Of a stretch of DNA of 64,000 nt, positions 10,914-20,260 are shown piece after piece; positions within the stretch are counted from its first letter, which is position 1; every line of letters starts with the position of its first letter. Source of the stretch: an uncultured Chitinophagaceae bacterium (lineage in GTDB: Bacteria; Bacteroidota; Bacteroidia; Chitinophagales; Chitinophagaceae); assembly GCA_964580775.1 (NCBI GenBank), contig CAZOLW010000001.1:15021-79020 (forward strand), written 5' to 3'. The notes beneath the pieces are model-generated. The model was not told the origin of the DNA. It ran no database searches and saw nothing but the letters and a program-made list of their open reading frames with translations. A program made the translations under genes and the position numbers.

Positions 10914-11462
10914 ATGAAAAAAATGTTCATCATTGTCTGCGCATCTTTTTTTGCTGCATGCAACAACAGCACAGATTCAAAAGAAACAAAAGAAGCGGCA
11001 ACAGAACCTGCTTCAACTGAAAAAATTGATTACGCTTACCTGCCAACCGGTCATGGACCCGACAACTGGGACCGTGGCGATCAGAAAAACATTGCAATTG
11101 TTCTTAAATCACTGAAAGGCTATGAAACAGGTAATATAGAAGAAGCGTTAGCCGGTTTTGCCGACAGCGTTTGGTGGAGCAGTGATTATTTTGATCAGCA
11201 AATTTCGAAAGACAGCCTGCGTGCTATGTTTACAGATGGATGGAAAGATTTAGCAAGTGTAAAGATTGTAATGAGCGATTACGAATCTGTAATTTCTAAA
11301 GACAAGAAAGATGAGTGGGTTACGCTCTGGTACAAGCAGATTGTAACCAATAAAAAAGGAAAAATAGACTCCATGTCAGTGGTGAATGATGTAAAAATTG
11401 AAAATGGAAAAATCACCGTACTGGACGAAAAGACCAGGAAATTTCCTTTGCCTAAAAAATAA
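10914..11462 (+). CDS. Lipoprotein, NTF2/SnoaL-like
   Basis: Lipobox FFAAC; NTF2-like pattern in the C-terminal half. Confidence 0.7.
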   Translation: MKKMFIIVCASFFAACNNSTDSKETKEAATEPASTEKIDYAYLPTGHGPDNWDRGDQKNIAIVLKSLKGYETGNIEEALAGFADSVWWSSDYFDQQISKDSLRAMFTDGWKDLASVKIVMSDYESVISKDKKDEWVTLWYKQIVTNKKGKIDSMSVVNDVKIENGKITVLDEKTRKFPLPKK

Positions 11463-11485
11463 CAGTCCTTCAACAAAAGTTTTAC

Positions 11486-11515
11486 TCCCGTCATTTTATG
11501 ACGGGATTTTTTTTT
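11486..11515 (+). terminator. Intrinsic terminator
   Basis: TCCCGTCAT-TTT-ATGACGGGA followed by a T run. Confidence 0.75.
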
Positions 11516-11706
11516 GTTTCGCTGTGATCTGTTTCATCCTTTGTATATCCTGTTTCCGTTTCAGCATTTTCAACCGGGAAAGGTTTGGCGGGATTGGGTA
11601 TTGTTCTTTACAGCCACTTTCAGTTGCAGAAAAGTTAACTGGAATAAGGAATTTCATTGACCGGCATCAGTTCTTTTCAATTGTATCTGCAGTACTTTGT
11701 CCTCCC

Positions 11707-13335
11707 ATGATTGCTTTCAGAACCTTCCTGCTGTTAATCAGTATCTCTGCCGTTACGTATGGCAATGCACAAATCCTCAGTTCTTCTAATCTTCCCATCA
11801 TCAGCATTAATACAAACGGACAAACCATTGTTGATGAACCAAAGATCAGTGCCGATATGGGTATAATTTACAATGGGGCCAATATCAGAAACAATATCAC
11901 TGATGCATTCAATCATTACAATGGAAAGATCGGGATTGAAATAAGAGGACAATCATCACAGATGTTTCCCATGAAATCGTACAGTATTGAACTGCAGGAT
12001 GCCACCGGTAATTCAGTTGATAAATCACTGTTTGGCTTACCTAAAGAAAGCGATTGGGTACTCTATGCTCCTTACACCGATAAAACACTGATGCGGAATT
12101 TTCTTGCTTACACCATGAGCAGGGAAATGGGACACTGGGCATCGAACTGCCGCTATGTGGAAGTGATGTTAAACGGACAATACATCGGCATTTATGTGTT
12201 CATGGAAAAAATAAAACGTGGAAGCGGCCGTGTAAACATCAGTAAGATTGCAGCAACAGATATAACAGGTGATGCTGTAACAGGCGGGTACCTGTTCAGT
12301 ATTGATAAAGAAGCCGACGGATGGTATTCTTCCTATACAACACCCAACAGCACATCCAATCAGCGAATCAGGTACAGTTATATTTATCCGAAAATAACGG
12401 CCTTTGTACCCGACCAAAAAAGCTACCTGAAAAATTATGTTGACAGTTTTGAAACAGCTTTATCCCATTCAACTGATCCTGAAAAAATAAATGAATGGAG
12501 AAAGTTTGCTGACGAAGCATCCTTCATTGATTTTTTTATTGTGAATGAACTGAGCCGTAATGTGGATGGATACAGGCTGAGTTCTTTTTTTTATAAAGAC
12601 CGTACAAGTAAGAACGGAAAAATATTTGCCGGACCCGTTTGGGATTATGACCTCGCTTTTCGCAATGCAAACTACTGTAATGGAAGTGATACATCGGGCT
12701 GGGCTTACAGCTTCAACAGTGTTTGTCCGCAGGATTTCTTTCAAATCCCCTTCTGGTGGAAGAACTTTATGCAGGATAAAACATTTCAATCGAACCTGCG
12801 CTGCAGATGGAAGCAACTCCGTGCAACAAGTTTAAGTTCTGCACGCATTAATACATTAATTGATTCAGTTTATACATTAACAGAAGAAGCAAGACAACGG
12901 CATTTTCAGAAATGGCCTGTTCTTGGTCAATATGTATGGCCCAATCCTGAACCAATTGCCGGTACGTACAATACTGAAATCAATTATTTAAAAGTATGGG
13001 TAGAAGCAAGGCTTGGATGGATTGACCGTTATCTTCCCAATGAAGGGCTTTGCTACGATTATCCTGCCTGGTTAAAAGAATCCATTCTTGTGAAAGGCAA
13101 TCCCAACCCGGTACTCAGCAATTACAATCTCACCATTAAATCAAGAGTGCAGCAGAAAATTGCAATCCGGGCATTTGATATGATGGGTCGTGTTGTGTAT
13201 TCCAATTCGTATACAGCAAATGCAGGATATAACCGGTTAGAGGTTGATATGATCCACTGGCAAAAAGGGATTTACATTTTTACAATGACTGCTTCATCGG
13301 GAGAAAAGAACAGACTGAAAGTAGTAAAACAATAA
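11707..13335 (+). CDS. CotH kinase family protein with T9SS C-terminal sorting domain
   Basis: GIEIRGQSS, YAPYTDKTLMRN, NVDGYRLS and GPVWDYDLAF; C-terminal GIYIFTM...LKVVKQ sorting domain; start placed at MIAFR. Confidence 0.88.
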   Translation: MIAFRTFLLLISISAVTYGNAQILSSSNLPIISINTNGQTIVDEPKISADMGIIYNGANIRNNITDAFNHYNGKIGIEIRGQSSQMFPMKSYSIELQDATGNSVDKSLFGLPKESDWVLYAPYTDKTLMRNFLAYTMSREMGHWASNCRYVEVMLNGQYIGIYVFMEKIKRGSGRVNISKIAATDITGDAVTGGYLFSIDKEADGWYSSYTTPNSTSNQRIRYSYIYPKITAFVPDQKSYLKNYVDSFETALSHSTDPEKINEWRKFADEASFIDFFIVNELSRNVDGYRLSSFFYKDRTSKNGKIFAGPVWDYDLAFRNANYCNGSDTSGWAYSFNSVCPQDFFQIPFWWKNFMQDKTFQSNLRCRWKQLRATSLSSARINTLIDSVYTLTEEARQRHFQKWPVLGQYVWPNPEPIAGTYNTEINYLKVWVEARLGWIDRYLPNEGLCYDYPAWLKESILVKGNPNPVLSNYNLTIKSRVQQKIAIRAFDMMGRVVYSNSYTANAGYNRLEVDMIHWQKGIYIFTMTASSGEKNRLKVVKQ

Positions 13336-13337
13336 AC

Positions 13338-14213
13338 TTATTCGCTTACAACTACTGTCAGCTTCGATGATTTTTTATTTACTGCAAGTCTTGTAATTCC
13401 TTTCAGCATGGCCCCATCACCTTCAATGGTAACCAACTGCCATCCGTTGTTGGCAATTACATCATACACAAACAGGTTTACGCCATCACTCATCAGTATT
13501 TTATGATCATTGAGCCAGGTTAAATGATCCTGCCCTGCTTTTGTTGCAGTAATGGTTTTGATCTTCATTGTGCGTGGATCAAATTGTTTAATCAGCAGTT
13601 CCTTCTCTGATACACGCTGTACAAAACTCATCAATCCGGTTCCGGGAATACGATGCAGGCTTCTTCCAATATTTTCTGCAAGGATGGTATCCTTCTTTAA
13701 ACGCAGATCAACATAATGCAATGTGTTGGGATGCAAACTGTCACCCAATACAAACAGCAGTAATTTATTTTTTGCAATCCATGCATGATAACCAACAATA
13801 AGGTCTTTGATCAGCACCTGTGCATCACCGCCTTTCATGGGATACTGCCCAAGGTTCTGTTCACCATTATCCCGTTGAATAATGCAGGAAATAAACTTAC
13901 TGCCGGGTGTAACTGTTGGAGAATATTCCCGTTCATGAGTAATGGTAAGGTTCTTTGTTTTATCGTCTTTGAAATTATAATACTTCAAATCGCTTCTGCC
14001 ACTGTCGTTGAACGATGAAAAATAGATCAGTGGTTTTTTAGGATGAAAGAAAGGCTGATTATCGTATCCTTTGTGGCTGGTGAAATTCCTGGCGTTCGAA
14101 ATAATAACACTGTTCTTTGATACCCGCAGATCAAACAGGATAATTTCAGAACCCGTTTGTGCTATAGCTGAAACTGAATTAAACAGCAACAGGAAATAAA
14201 ATAGTTGTTTCAT
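13338..14213 (-). CDS. Secreted TolB/PD40-like beta-propeller protein
   Basis: Signal peptide; YDNQPFF and EYSPTVTP PD40-like repeats. Confidence 0.7.
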   Translation of the reverse strand: MKQLFYFLLLFNSVSAIAQTGSEIILFDLRVSKNSVIISNARNFTSHKGYDNQPFFHPKKPLIYFSSFNDSGRSDLKYYNFKDDKTKNLTITHEREYSPTVTPGSKFISCIIQRDNGEQNLGQYPMKGGDAQVLIKDLIVGYHAWIAKNKLLLFVLGDSLHPNTLHYVDLRLKKDTILAENIGRSLHRIPGTGLMSFVQRVSEKELLIKQFDPRTMKIKTITATKAGQDHLTWLNDHKILMSDGVNLFVYDVIANNGWQLVTIEGDGAMLKGITRLAVNKKSSKLTVVVSE

Positions 14214-14639
14214 ACAGCAATGTACAGCAATAATCAGTCTGAATTGAAATGAGCAGGCAGCACTCACCCATCTTATCCGGTTCATCTGTTAAGAAAGTCT
14301 ATTTACATGTACTTGTAACCCGGTAAAGAATTAACTGAAGACACAGTATATGTGAAAATAACATGCAACATCGTTTAATGCGTAACAGGTAAAATATTTA
14401 TACTTCAAAAAGTTGACAAATATTTAATTAGCGGATTGTTTTTATCAATCATGAAAACAATGATTCTGTTTACTGGATTTTACAACTGTTAAAGAAATCT
14501 CCGGGAAACAGCATGATTTTCAGGCTTTAGTAAAAACAGCACCGTTTCCGTTAACAAATGAAAAAAACATGGCACGTTTTTCTTACATGGATAACACAAG
14601 GATATAACAACAATATTTTAAACCTGTAAATCAAACAAC

Positions 14640-15080
14640 ATGAAAAAAATTATACCCGTATTAGCACTGGTTGCTGTAATGGCATCCTGCAAAAGCAAAA
14701 CTGAACCTGTAGCAGATCAAACAAAGGTTCTATCTGCAACAGAATTCGCAGACTTCCAGGCCTTCCAGGCATGGAAAGAGCAACAGGCCGAAGCAAAAGC
14801 TATCAATAACAACCGTACTGTAAGATATGTTGAGCACAGACATACTGCAGCAGCTTCTACCCGAACTGCAAACACAAACACTACTGCAACCGCTACAAAG
14901 AAAAAAGGCTGGAGCAAAGCAGCGAAAGGTGCAGTAATTGGTGGTGTGTCCGGTGCGGTAATCGGCGGAGTAATAAGTAAGCGTAACCGTGTGGCAGGTG
15001 TTGCAATAGGAACGGTGCTTGGTGGTGGTGTTGGTTATGGTATTGGACGTTCAATTGACAAAAAAGATGGCAGATACTAA
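14640..15080 (+). CDS. Glycine-zipper lipoprotein
   Basis: Lipobox VMASC; KGWSKAAKGAVIGG...GGVGYGIGR glycine zipper. Confidence 0.85.
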   Translation: MKKIIPVLALVAVMASCKSKTEPVADQTKVLSATEFADFQAFQAWKEQQAEAKAINNNRTVRYVEHRHTAAASTRTANTNTTATATKKKGWSKAAKGAVIGGVSGAVIGGVISKRNRVAGVAIGTVLGGGVGYGIGRSIDKKDGRY

Positions 15081-15101
15081 AAGTATACTCAGATATGGAT
15101 C

Positions 15102-15143
15102 AGCGGAGTTTATAAATAATCATTTATAAAACTCCGCTTTTTT
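15102..15143 (+). terminator. Intrinsic terminator
   Basis: AGCGGAGTTTATAAAT...ATTTATAAAACTCCGCT followed by a T run. Confidence 0.7.
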
Positions 15144-15163
15144 ATTACTTTAAACAGATAGCT

Positions 15164-16105
15164 GTGAATACAGTTGATATTATTCTTTGTTTTATTATCC
15201 TTCTTGTAACATGGATCGGTTACAAAAAAGGTGCGGCAGAAACAATTCTTGACCTCGTAAAATGGACGGCAAGTATTGCATGTGGAATTCTCTTCTATTA
15301 TTACACGTTTAATTTTGCTGCGACCCGGTATCCCGGTTTAAGACAATGGTATTTCCCTGTGGTTACTATTTTTATTTTCATCATTACCTATTTATTTCTT
15401 TCCATGCTTCAGCGATGGATCGTCAGCAGGGATGAATACAGTAAACAGAAATCTTTTGCAGATAAAGTGAGTGGAATTATTCCCGGTTTACTCATGGGTA
15501 TTGTCATCAGTTCAATTACCGGCCGGTTACTCACCTTCTCTATATTTGATGCTGTAAGTAAAGAGGCAGGTAAAAGTGAAATCACTTCCACCTTTTCTCC
15601 CTATACAGAACTGGTTGAAGAGAATATATCACCACTCGTTACAACTTATTTTACACCAAAAATATCAGCTGCCACTGCACAGGAGGCAACTGAACCCGAT
15701 TTTAAAACAGAAACTTTTTTTGAACGCCCGGATCTTGAATATGAAATGTGGCTGCTGGTAAATGCAGAAAGACGCATCCATCATTTAAAACCTTTGGCGG
15801 TTGATGAGAAAATGAGAGAAGTGGCAAGAGCTCATTCTGCAGATATGTTTGTGAGGGGATATTTTGCCCATACAACACCTGATGGTGTGAACCCTTTTCA
15901 ACGGATGAAACAGGCAAAGATCAGTTACAGGAATGCCGGTGAAAATCTTGCCCTTGCCAAGACACTTGCAGAAGCTCATCAGGGATTGATGAACTCACCC
16001 AGCCACCGGGCAGCAATATTAAATCCTGCCTTTGGCCGTATTGGAATTGGAGTGCTGGATGCTGGTAAAAACGGGTTCATGATTTCACAGGAATTCAGAG
16101 ATTAA
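15164..16105 (+). CDS. CvpA (colicin V production) membrane domain fused to a CAP/SCP domain
   Basis: N-terminal MNTVDIIL...GYKKG and four TM segments; C-terminal ARAHSADM, FAH, GENLA and MNSPSHRAAIL. Confidence 0.85.
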   Translation: MNTVDIILCFIILLVTWIGYKKGAAETILDLVKWTASIACGILFYYYTFNFAATRYPGLRQWYFPVVTIFIFIITYLFLSMLQRWIVSRDEYSKQKSFADKVSGIIPGLLMGIVISSITGRLLTFSIFDAVSKEAGKSEITSTFSPYTELVEENISPLVTTYFTPKISAATAQEATEPDFKTETFFERPDLEYEMWLLVNAERRIHHLKPLAVDEKMREVARAHSADMFVRGYFAHTTPDGVNPFQRMKQAKISYRNAGENLALAKTLAEAHQGLMNSPSHRAAILNPAFGRIGIGVLDAGKNGFMISQEFRD

Positions 16106-16356
16106 TAAACGAAATACTTTTTTACGTAAGTCTCCGGTCGAAAAATCGATGGAATGATTTTTTGCAACCAACAGGTTTATTTTGCTTAAAAACAACCAAA
16201 ACAAAGAGTAAAAAAAGCAGAACAGCAGTTATTTTTTGCATAAATACAATTTATACCTGCAGATTCTGTTTTCTGATTCCGTAAGAAAGCTGTCATTTAT
16301 GTCCTCTTTCTGTTGCAGTTAACAGAAGTTATGTACATTTGTGCCAACCGAATATT

Positions 16357-16737
16357 ATGAACATTTTTGTAGCAGGCTTACCTTACGATCTCGATGACGC
16401 AGAACTGGAAGAAATTTTTGAAAAGTTTGGACCCGTTGTATCTGCCAAAGTATCCATTGACCGCAATACCGGCAAGAGCCGTGGTTTTGGATTTGTAACA
16501 ATGAAAAATGCAGAAGATGGTAAAGATGCCATTGAACTGCTGAACGATATTACCCTTGGCCGTAATAAAAAACCGTTGGTGGTTAAAGAAGCTGAAGACC
16601 GCAACAGTGGTGGTGGTGGAGGCGGCGGCTACAGAGGTGGCGGCGGAGGTGGTGGTTACAGTGGTGGCGGAGGCGGCTACAGAGGTGGCGGCGGAGGCGG
16701 TGGTTACAGTGGTGGTGGCGGAGGCGGCTACAGATAA
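16357..16737 (+). CDS. RRM RNA-binding protein with Gly-rich tail
   Basis: RNP2 IFVAGL, RNP1 RGFGFV; tail of G(n)YR/G(n)YS repeats. Confidence 0.95.
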   Translation: MNIFVAGLPYDLDDAELEEIFEKFGPVVSAKVSIDRNTGKSRGFGFVTMKNAEDGKDAIELLNDITLGRNKKPLVVKEAEDRNSGGGGGGGYRGGGGGGGYSGGGGGYRGGGGGGGYSGGGGGGYR

Positions 16738-16975
16738 CCCATTCTTACAAAGACCTAACCTTTACTTAATACTGTATTTACCTTAACTAAACACTGACAG
16801 TGTATCTCTGCAGCATGAAAACACAAGACATTTCTCTGAAGGCAATAACCATTTATGCGTTATTGTTTATCCTCATATACCTCAGTTCGCTTTAAGCAAA
16901 TCATCTTTGGTTTCTGTGGCTGTTTCGTTAACTTAGTGATGAATATATGATTACTCACCACTAAAACGAAATGAC

Positions 16976-17176
16976 ATGCCTATTGTAAAAATTATTGAAG
17001 TAATTGCCTCTTCTGAAAAAGGAATTGATGATGCCATCCGCCAGGCAGTGGAAGAAGCATCTAAAACCATCCGCAATATTGATTCAGTATATGTGCAGGA
17101 TATTAAAGCACATGTAAAGGATGGCAAAGTAACCACCTTCGGATGTGTATGCAAGATTTCTTTCAGGCTTGAATAA
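16976..17176 (+). CDS. Dodecin family protein
   Basis: KIIEVIASSEKGIDDAIRQAVEEASKTIRNI pattern, 66 aa. Confidence 0.88.
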   Translation: MPIVKIIEVIASSEKGIDDAIRQAVEEASKTIRNIDSVYVQDIKAHVKDGKVTTFGCVCKISFRLE

Positions 17177-17196
17177 GAAATGGATCACTGAATGAT

Positions 17197-17228
17197 AAAA
17201 AAGCGATGCTGTTCAGCATCGCTTTTTT
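17197..17228 (+). terminator. Intrinsic terminator
   Basis: AAAAAAGCGATGCTG...CAGCATCGCTTTTTT. Confidence 0.8.
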
Positions 17229-17299
17229 ATTGTTTGAAAGTATGCGCAAACGTTTACAGTTGTTTATACACAGCTAACTTGAAATTGTATTTCAAATCC

Positions 17300-17359
17300 C
17301 CGGTTCGTGTCTCACGAACCGGAAAAGTTATGTGTGCTTGGTTCGTGAGACACAAACCA
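17300..17359. repeat. Pair of REP-like palindromes in inverted arrangement
   Basis: CCGGTTCGTG-TCT-CACGAACCGG (17300-17322) and TGGTTCGTG-AGA-CACAAACCA (17339-17359). Confidence 0.75.
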
Positions 17360-17497
17360 TGGCACAGAGAACCATACCAAAATGGCGAAGATTAAATACG
17401 TGATTTTCAATTCTGGGTTTTTGAATGAGTGGCGTATATTTAAGTATTGTCATGCAATGCAGACTGTGTAATAACCGGTTCAATAATATAATTTGAA

Positions 17498-18562
17498 ATG
17501 ACATTAGAAGACCTGGGATATGATGATAAACTTGAAGCGTTCAGAATTGAACATAACCTGACTGATTTTGATATTGGAAGAGTTATATCGGAACACAGAG
17601 AACGGTATATTGTCAGAACAATCAAAGGAGAATTTGAAAGCGAAATAACCGGTAATATGCGTTTCTCAGCAAAAAGCCGGGAAGATTTTCCGGCTGTGGG
17701 TGATTGGGTTGCGCTGGCAACATATGGATCTGATTTTGCCATCATTCATAAAATACTGCCGAGATTCTCAATCATTAAAAGACAGGCTGTCGGACAATTT
17801 GGAGAGATTCAGATAATAGCAACCAATATTGATTGTGCATTTTTAGTACAGGCCGTTGACAGGGATTTTAATATCAACAGACTCGAAAGGTATCTGACCA
17901 TCTGTAATTCATCTAACGTCAGTCCGGTAGTTATTTTAACCAAAACTGATTTAATAAATGAACTTCGGCTTACTGAAATTTTGAACAGTATAAAATCAAG
18001 AATTAAACATGTTCCAATTATTCCGGTAAGTAATGAAACGCAGAACGGATATGAAGCAATAAATGCATTTATCAGGAAAGGAAAAACCTATTGTATGCTT
18101 GGTTCTTCAGGTGTTGGAAAATCCACTCTGTTGAATAATCTTTCCGGCGAAACCCTGATGAAGACCGATCGTATAAGCACAAGTACAAACAAAGGAAAAC
18201 ACATTACAAGTCACAGGGAATTAATTGTAATTAAAAAAGGTGGTATTTTAATTGATAACCCGGGAATGAGAGAAGTAGGTATTGCAGACACAGCAAGCGG
18301 ACTTGAAATTACCTTTGACGCAATTATCAGACTTTCCAAAGATTGTAAATTTAAAGATTGCACTCATACGAATGAAATTGGCTGCCGTGTTATTGAAGCA
18401 GTTGAAAAGGGAGAAATAGATATCGCCTCTTACGAAAATTATCTTAAAATGGAAAAAGAGAAAGCCTATTTTGAATCAACAATTGCAGAGAGACGGAAAA
18501 AAGACAAAGACTTCGGAAAAATGATTAAGAATTACAAAAAGGACATCAATCGAAAAAAGTGA
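17498..18562 (+). CDS. rsgA: Ribosome small subunit-dependent GTPase A (long type)
   Basis: AVGDWV, LTKTD, GSSGVGKST, GKHIT, DNPGMRE and the zinc finger CKFKDCTHTNEIGC. Confidence 0.93.
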   Translation: MTLEDLGYDDKLEAFRIEHNLTDFDIGRVISEHRERYIVRTIKGEFESEITGNMRFSAKSREDFPAVGDWVALATYGSDFAIIHKILPRFSIIKRQAVGQFGEIQIIATNIDCAFLVQAVDRDFNINRLERYLTICNSSNVSPVVILTKTDLINELRLTEILNSIKSRIKHVPIIPVSNETQNGYEAINAFIRKGKTYCMLGSSGVGKSTLLNNLSGETLMKTDRISTSTNKGKHITSHRELIVIKKGGILIDNPGMREVGIADTASGLEITFDAIIRLSKDCKFKDCTHTNEIGCRVIEAVEKGEIDIASYENYLKMEKEKAYFESTIAERRKKDKDFGKMIKNYKKDINRKK

Positions 18563-18576
18563 CATTCAAATCATCT

Positions 18577-18685
18577 TTCTTCGCAGGCAACATTTCCTGA
18601 AAGGGAGATTGCGAAACCAAAGACATCATTAGCTTACACAAGGTCCTCATCCAACACCAGACAATAAGAGAAATGTTGCTGAGAA
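18577..18685. repeat. Gene-boundary hairpin element, copy E1
   Basis: Arms GCAACATTTC (18587-96) and GAAATGTTGC (18670-79); shares CCAACACCAGACAATAAGAGA (18651-71) with 28539-59. Confidence 0.7.
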
Positions 18686-18854
18686 ACAGTTGTTCTAAAC
18701 TCCGGTTTTTAGCTATATATTTAGCTTTACTACCTGCATGACTCAGTCAGACAGAAATTCCGGGCGGACGGCTGGCCAATTCTCCACATACACAAGGACC
18801 CGGATGTTAGAAGTTATTCAAGGCAACCAGAATAGTTAAACCAAATAAATTAAA

Positions 18855-19841
18855 ATGAAAGCTTTTACAAAAACAAAATACGGCGGACCGGAGATACTTC
18901 AGTTGGAAGAGATAGAAAAGCCCTCATTGAAAGATGGTCACATACTGGTTAAAGTCGCAGCAAATTCGGCTAATCCTGCTGATTGGCATATTCTTCGGGG
19001 AAAACCATTTTTTGCACGGTTCACATTCGGATTATTCAAACCAAAAGATAAAATACCCGGAACTGATTTTGCAGGCGTTGTAGAAGAGGTTGGAACCGAT
19101 GCTTCGTATTTCAAAGTGGGAGACCGTGTATTTGGAGCAACACTGAAAGGAGGAACTTTTGCTGAATACACTTGCGTGCCGGCGAATGTTTGTGCCCTGA
19201 TGCCGGAAAATACAGATTTTCCTGAAATGGCAAGCGTGCCGATAGCAGGAGTAACGGCTTTACAGGCGCTCACCACGCATGGACAGCTCAAAGAAGGGGA
19301 ATCGGTTTTGATCAACGGTTCTTCAGGAGGTGTCGGTCATTTTGCTGTGCAAATTGCAAAAGCCTATGGCGCCAGCGTAACTGCTGTCTGTTCCGGTAAA
19401 AACATTGACTTTGTAAAGACATTAGGTGCCGACCAGGTTATTGCATACGATCAAGAAAGCATTCATCAACATAATGGAAAATACGACCTCATTATTGATA
19501 CGAATGGCAATCTTTCGCATAATGACTACAAACGTATGGGACAGCGGGGTGTCATAGTAGGTTTTACATCGATGGGGCATATGATGCTGTTACTTTTAAA
19601 AAGATCTTTCAGCAAATTCCCCCTGGTTCAATTTACAGCTGAAACCAACACAAAAGATTTGGAGACGTTAGCATCGTTGATTCAAAACAGGAACATTAAA
19701 GTTCAGATAGAAAAAATCTATTCGTATAAAAATATTCCGGAAGCCATAAACTATATTGAAGCCATGCACACGAAAGGAAAAGTGGCAATGGTTTGGAATA
19801 ACATTGGCGGCACGGAAGAAGAAAAAAGCTCAAACCGCTGA
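18855..19841 (+). CDS. NAD(P)-dependent MDR-family oxidoreductase (quinone reductase-like)
   Basis: NPADWH, GTDFAG, NGSSGGVGHFAVQIAK and GKVA motifs. Confidence 0.92.
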   Translation: MKAFTKTKYGGPEILQLEEIEKPSLKDGHILVKVAANSANPADWHILRGKPFFARFTFGLFKPKDKIPGTDFAGVVEEVGTDASYFKVGDRVFGATLKGGTFAEYTCVPANVCALMPENTDFPEMASVPIAGVTALQALTTHGQLKEGESVLINGSSGGVGHFAVQIAKAYGASVTAVCSGKNIDFVKTLGADQVIAYDQESIHQHNGKYDLIIDTNGNLSHNDYKRMGQRGVIVGFTSMGHMMLLLLKRSFSKFPLVQFTAETNTKDLETLASLIQNRNIKVQIEKIYSYKNIPEAINYIEAMHTKGKVAMVWNNIGGTEEEKSSNR

Positions 19842-19972
19842 CATGAGTATTGATGCAAGTGGTGCCAGACGTTGGCAGCATCGGCAGCAGTTCTCTCTTC
19901 TCAGCAACAATTTCTATATTACCGGCACATTATTAGTTTGAAGAAAGTATTGGAAACAACAAAACAGAAATT

Positions 19973-20092
19973 ATGAACAAATTAGTAAGAGGTCTTATCG
20001 CAGCTTATGGTGCAAAGAAATTAGGTGGTGGCTGTTTAGGAACCATTTTAGTTTTCATCATTATCTGGGTGGCATTGGGTACATGCAGTTAA
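19973..20092 (+). CDS. 39-aa small membrane protein (below ORF-track cutoff)
   Basis: Manual translation MNKLVRGLIAAYGAKKLGGGCLGTILVFIIIWVALGTCS; A-rich start context. Confidence 0.7.
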   Translation: MNKLVRGLIAAYGAKKLGGGCLGTILVFIIIWVALGTCS

Positions 20093-20260
20093 CATTTCTT
20101 CGCAGCAATATCTCTTTTATTGCCTTTGTGCCGGCTGATGACCTTGCTCCTGATCTTTTTGTTCCCGGTTACCCAACGTCCCTTTCAGGAGACGTTGGTG
20201 AGAAACGAGTAATCTATTTCGCTGGTGGAAACGCCAGCAATAACTTCGTAAAACAGTCAA

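Noticed and set aside
11398-11706. Long N-terminal extension of the CotH ORF (and similar extensions at 2401-2466, 38947-39045 and 42656-42718)
   Set aside because: The extensions overlap upstream genes, terminators or promoter motifs; downstream starts give proper signal peptides or align with paralogues.
16607-16734. GGTGGCGGC repeats as a separate DNA repeat element
   Set aside because: They simply encode the Gly-rich tail typical of bacterial RRM proteins.
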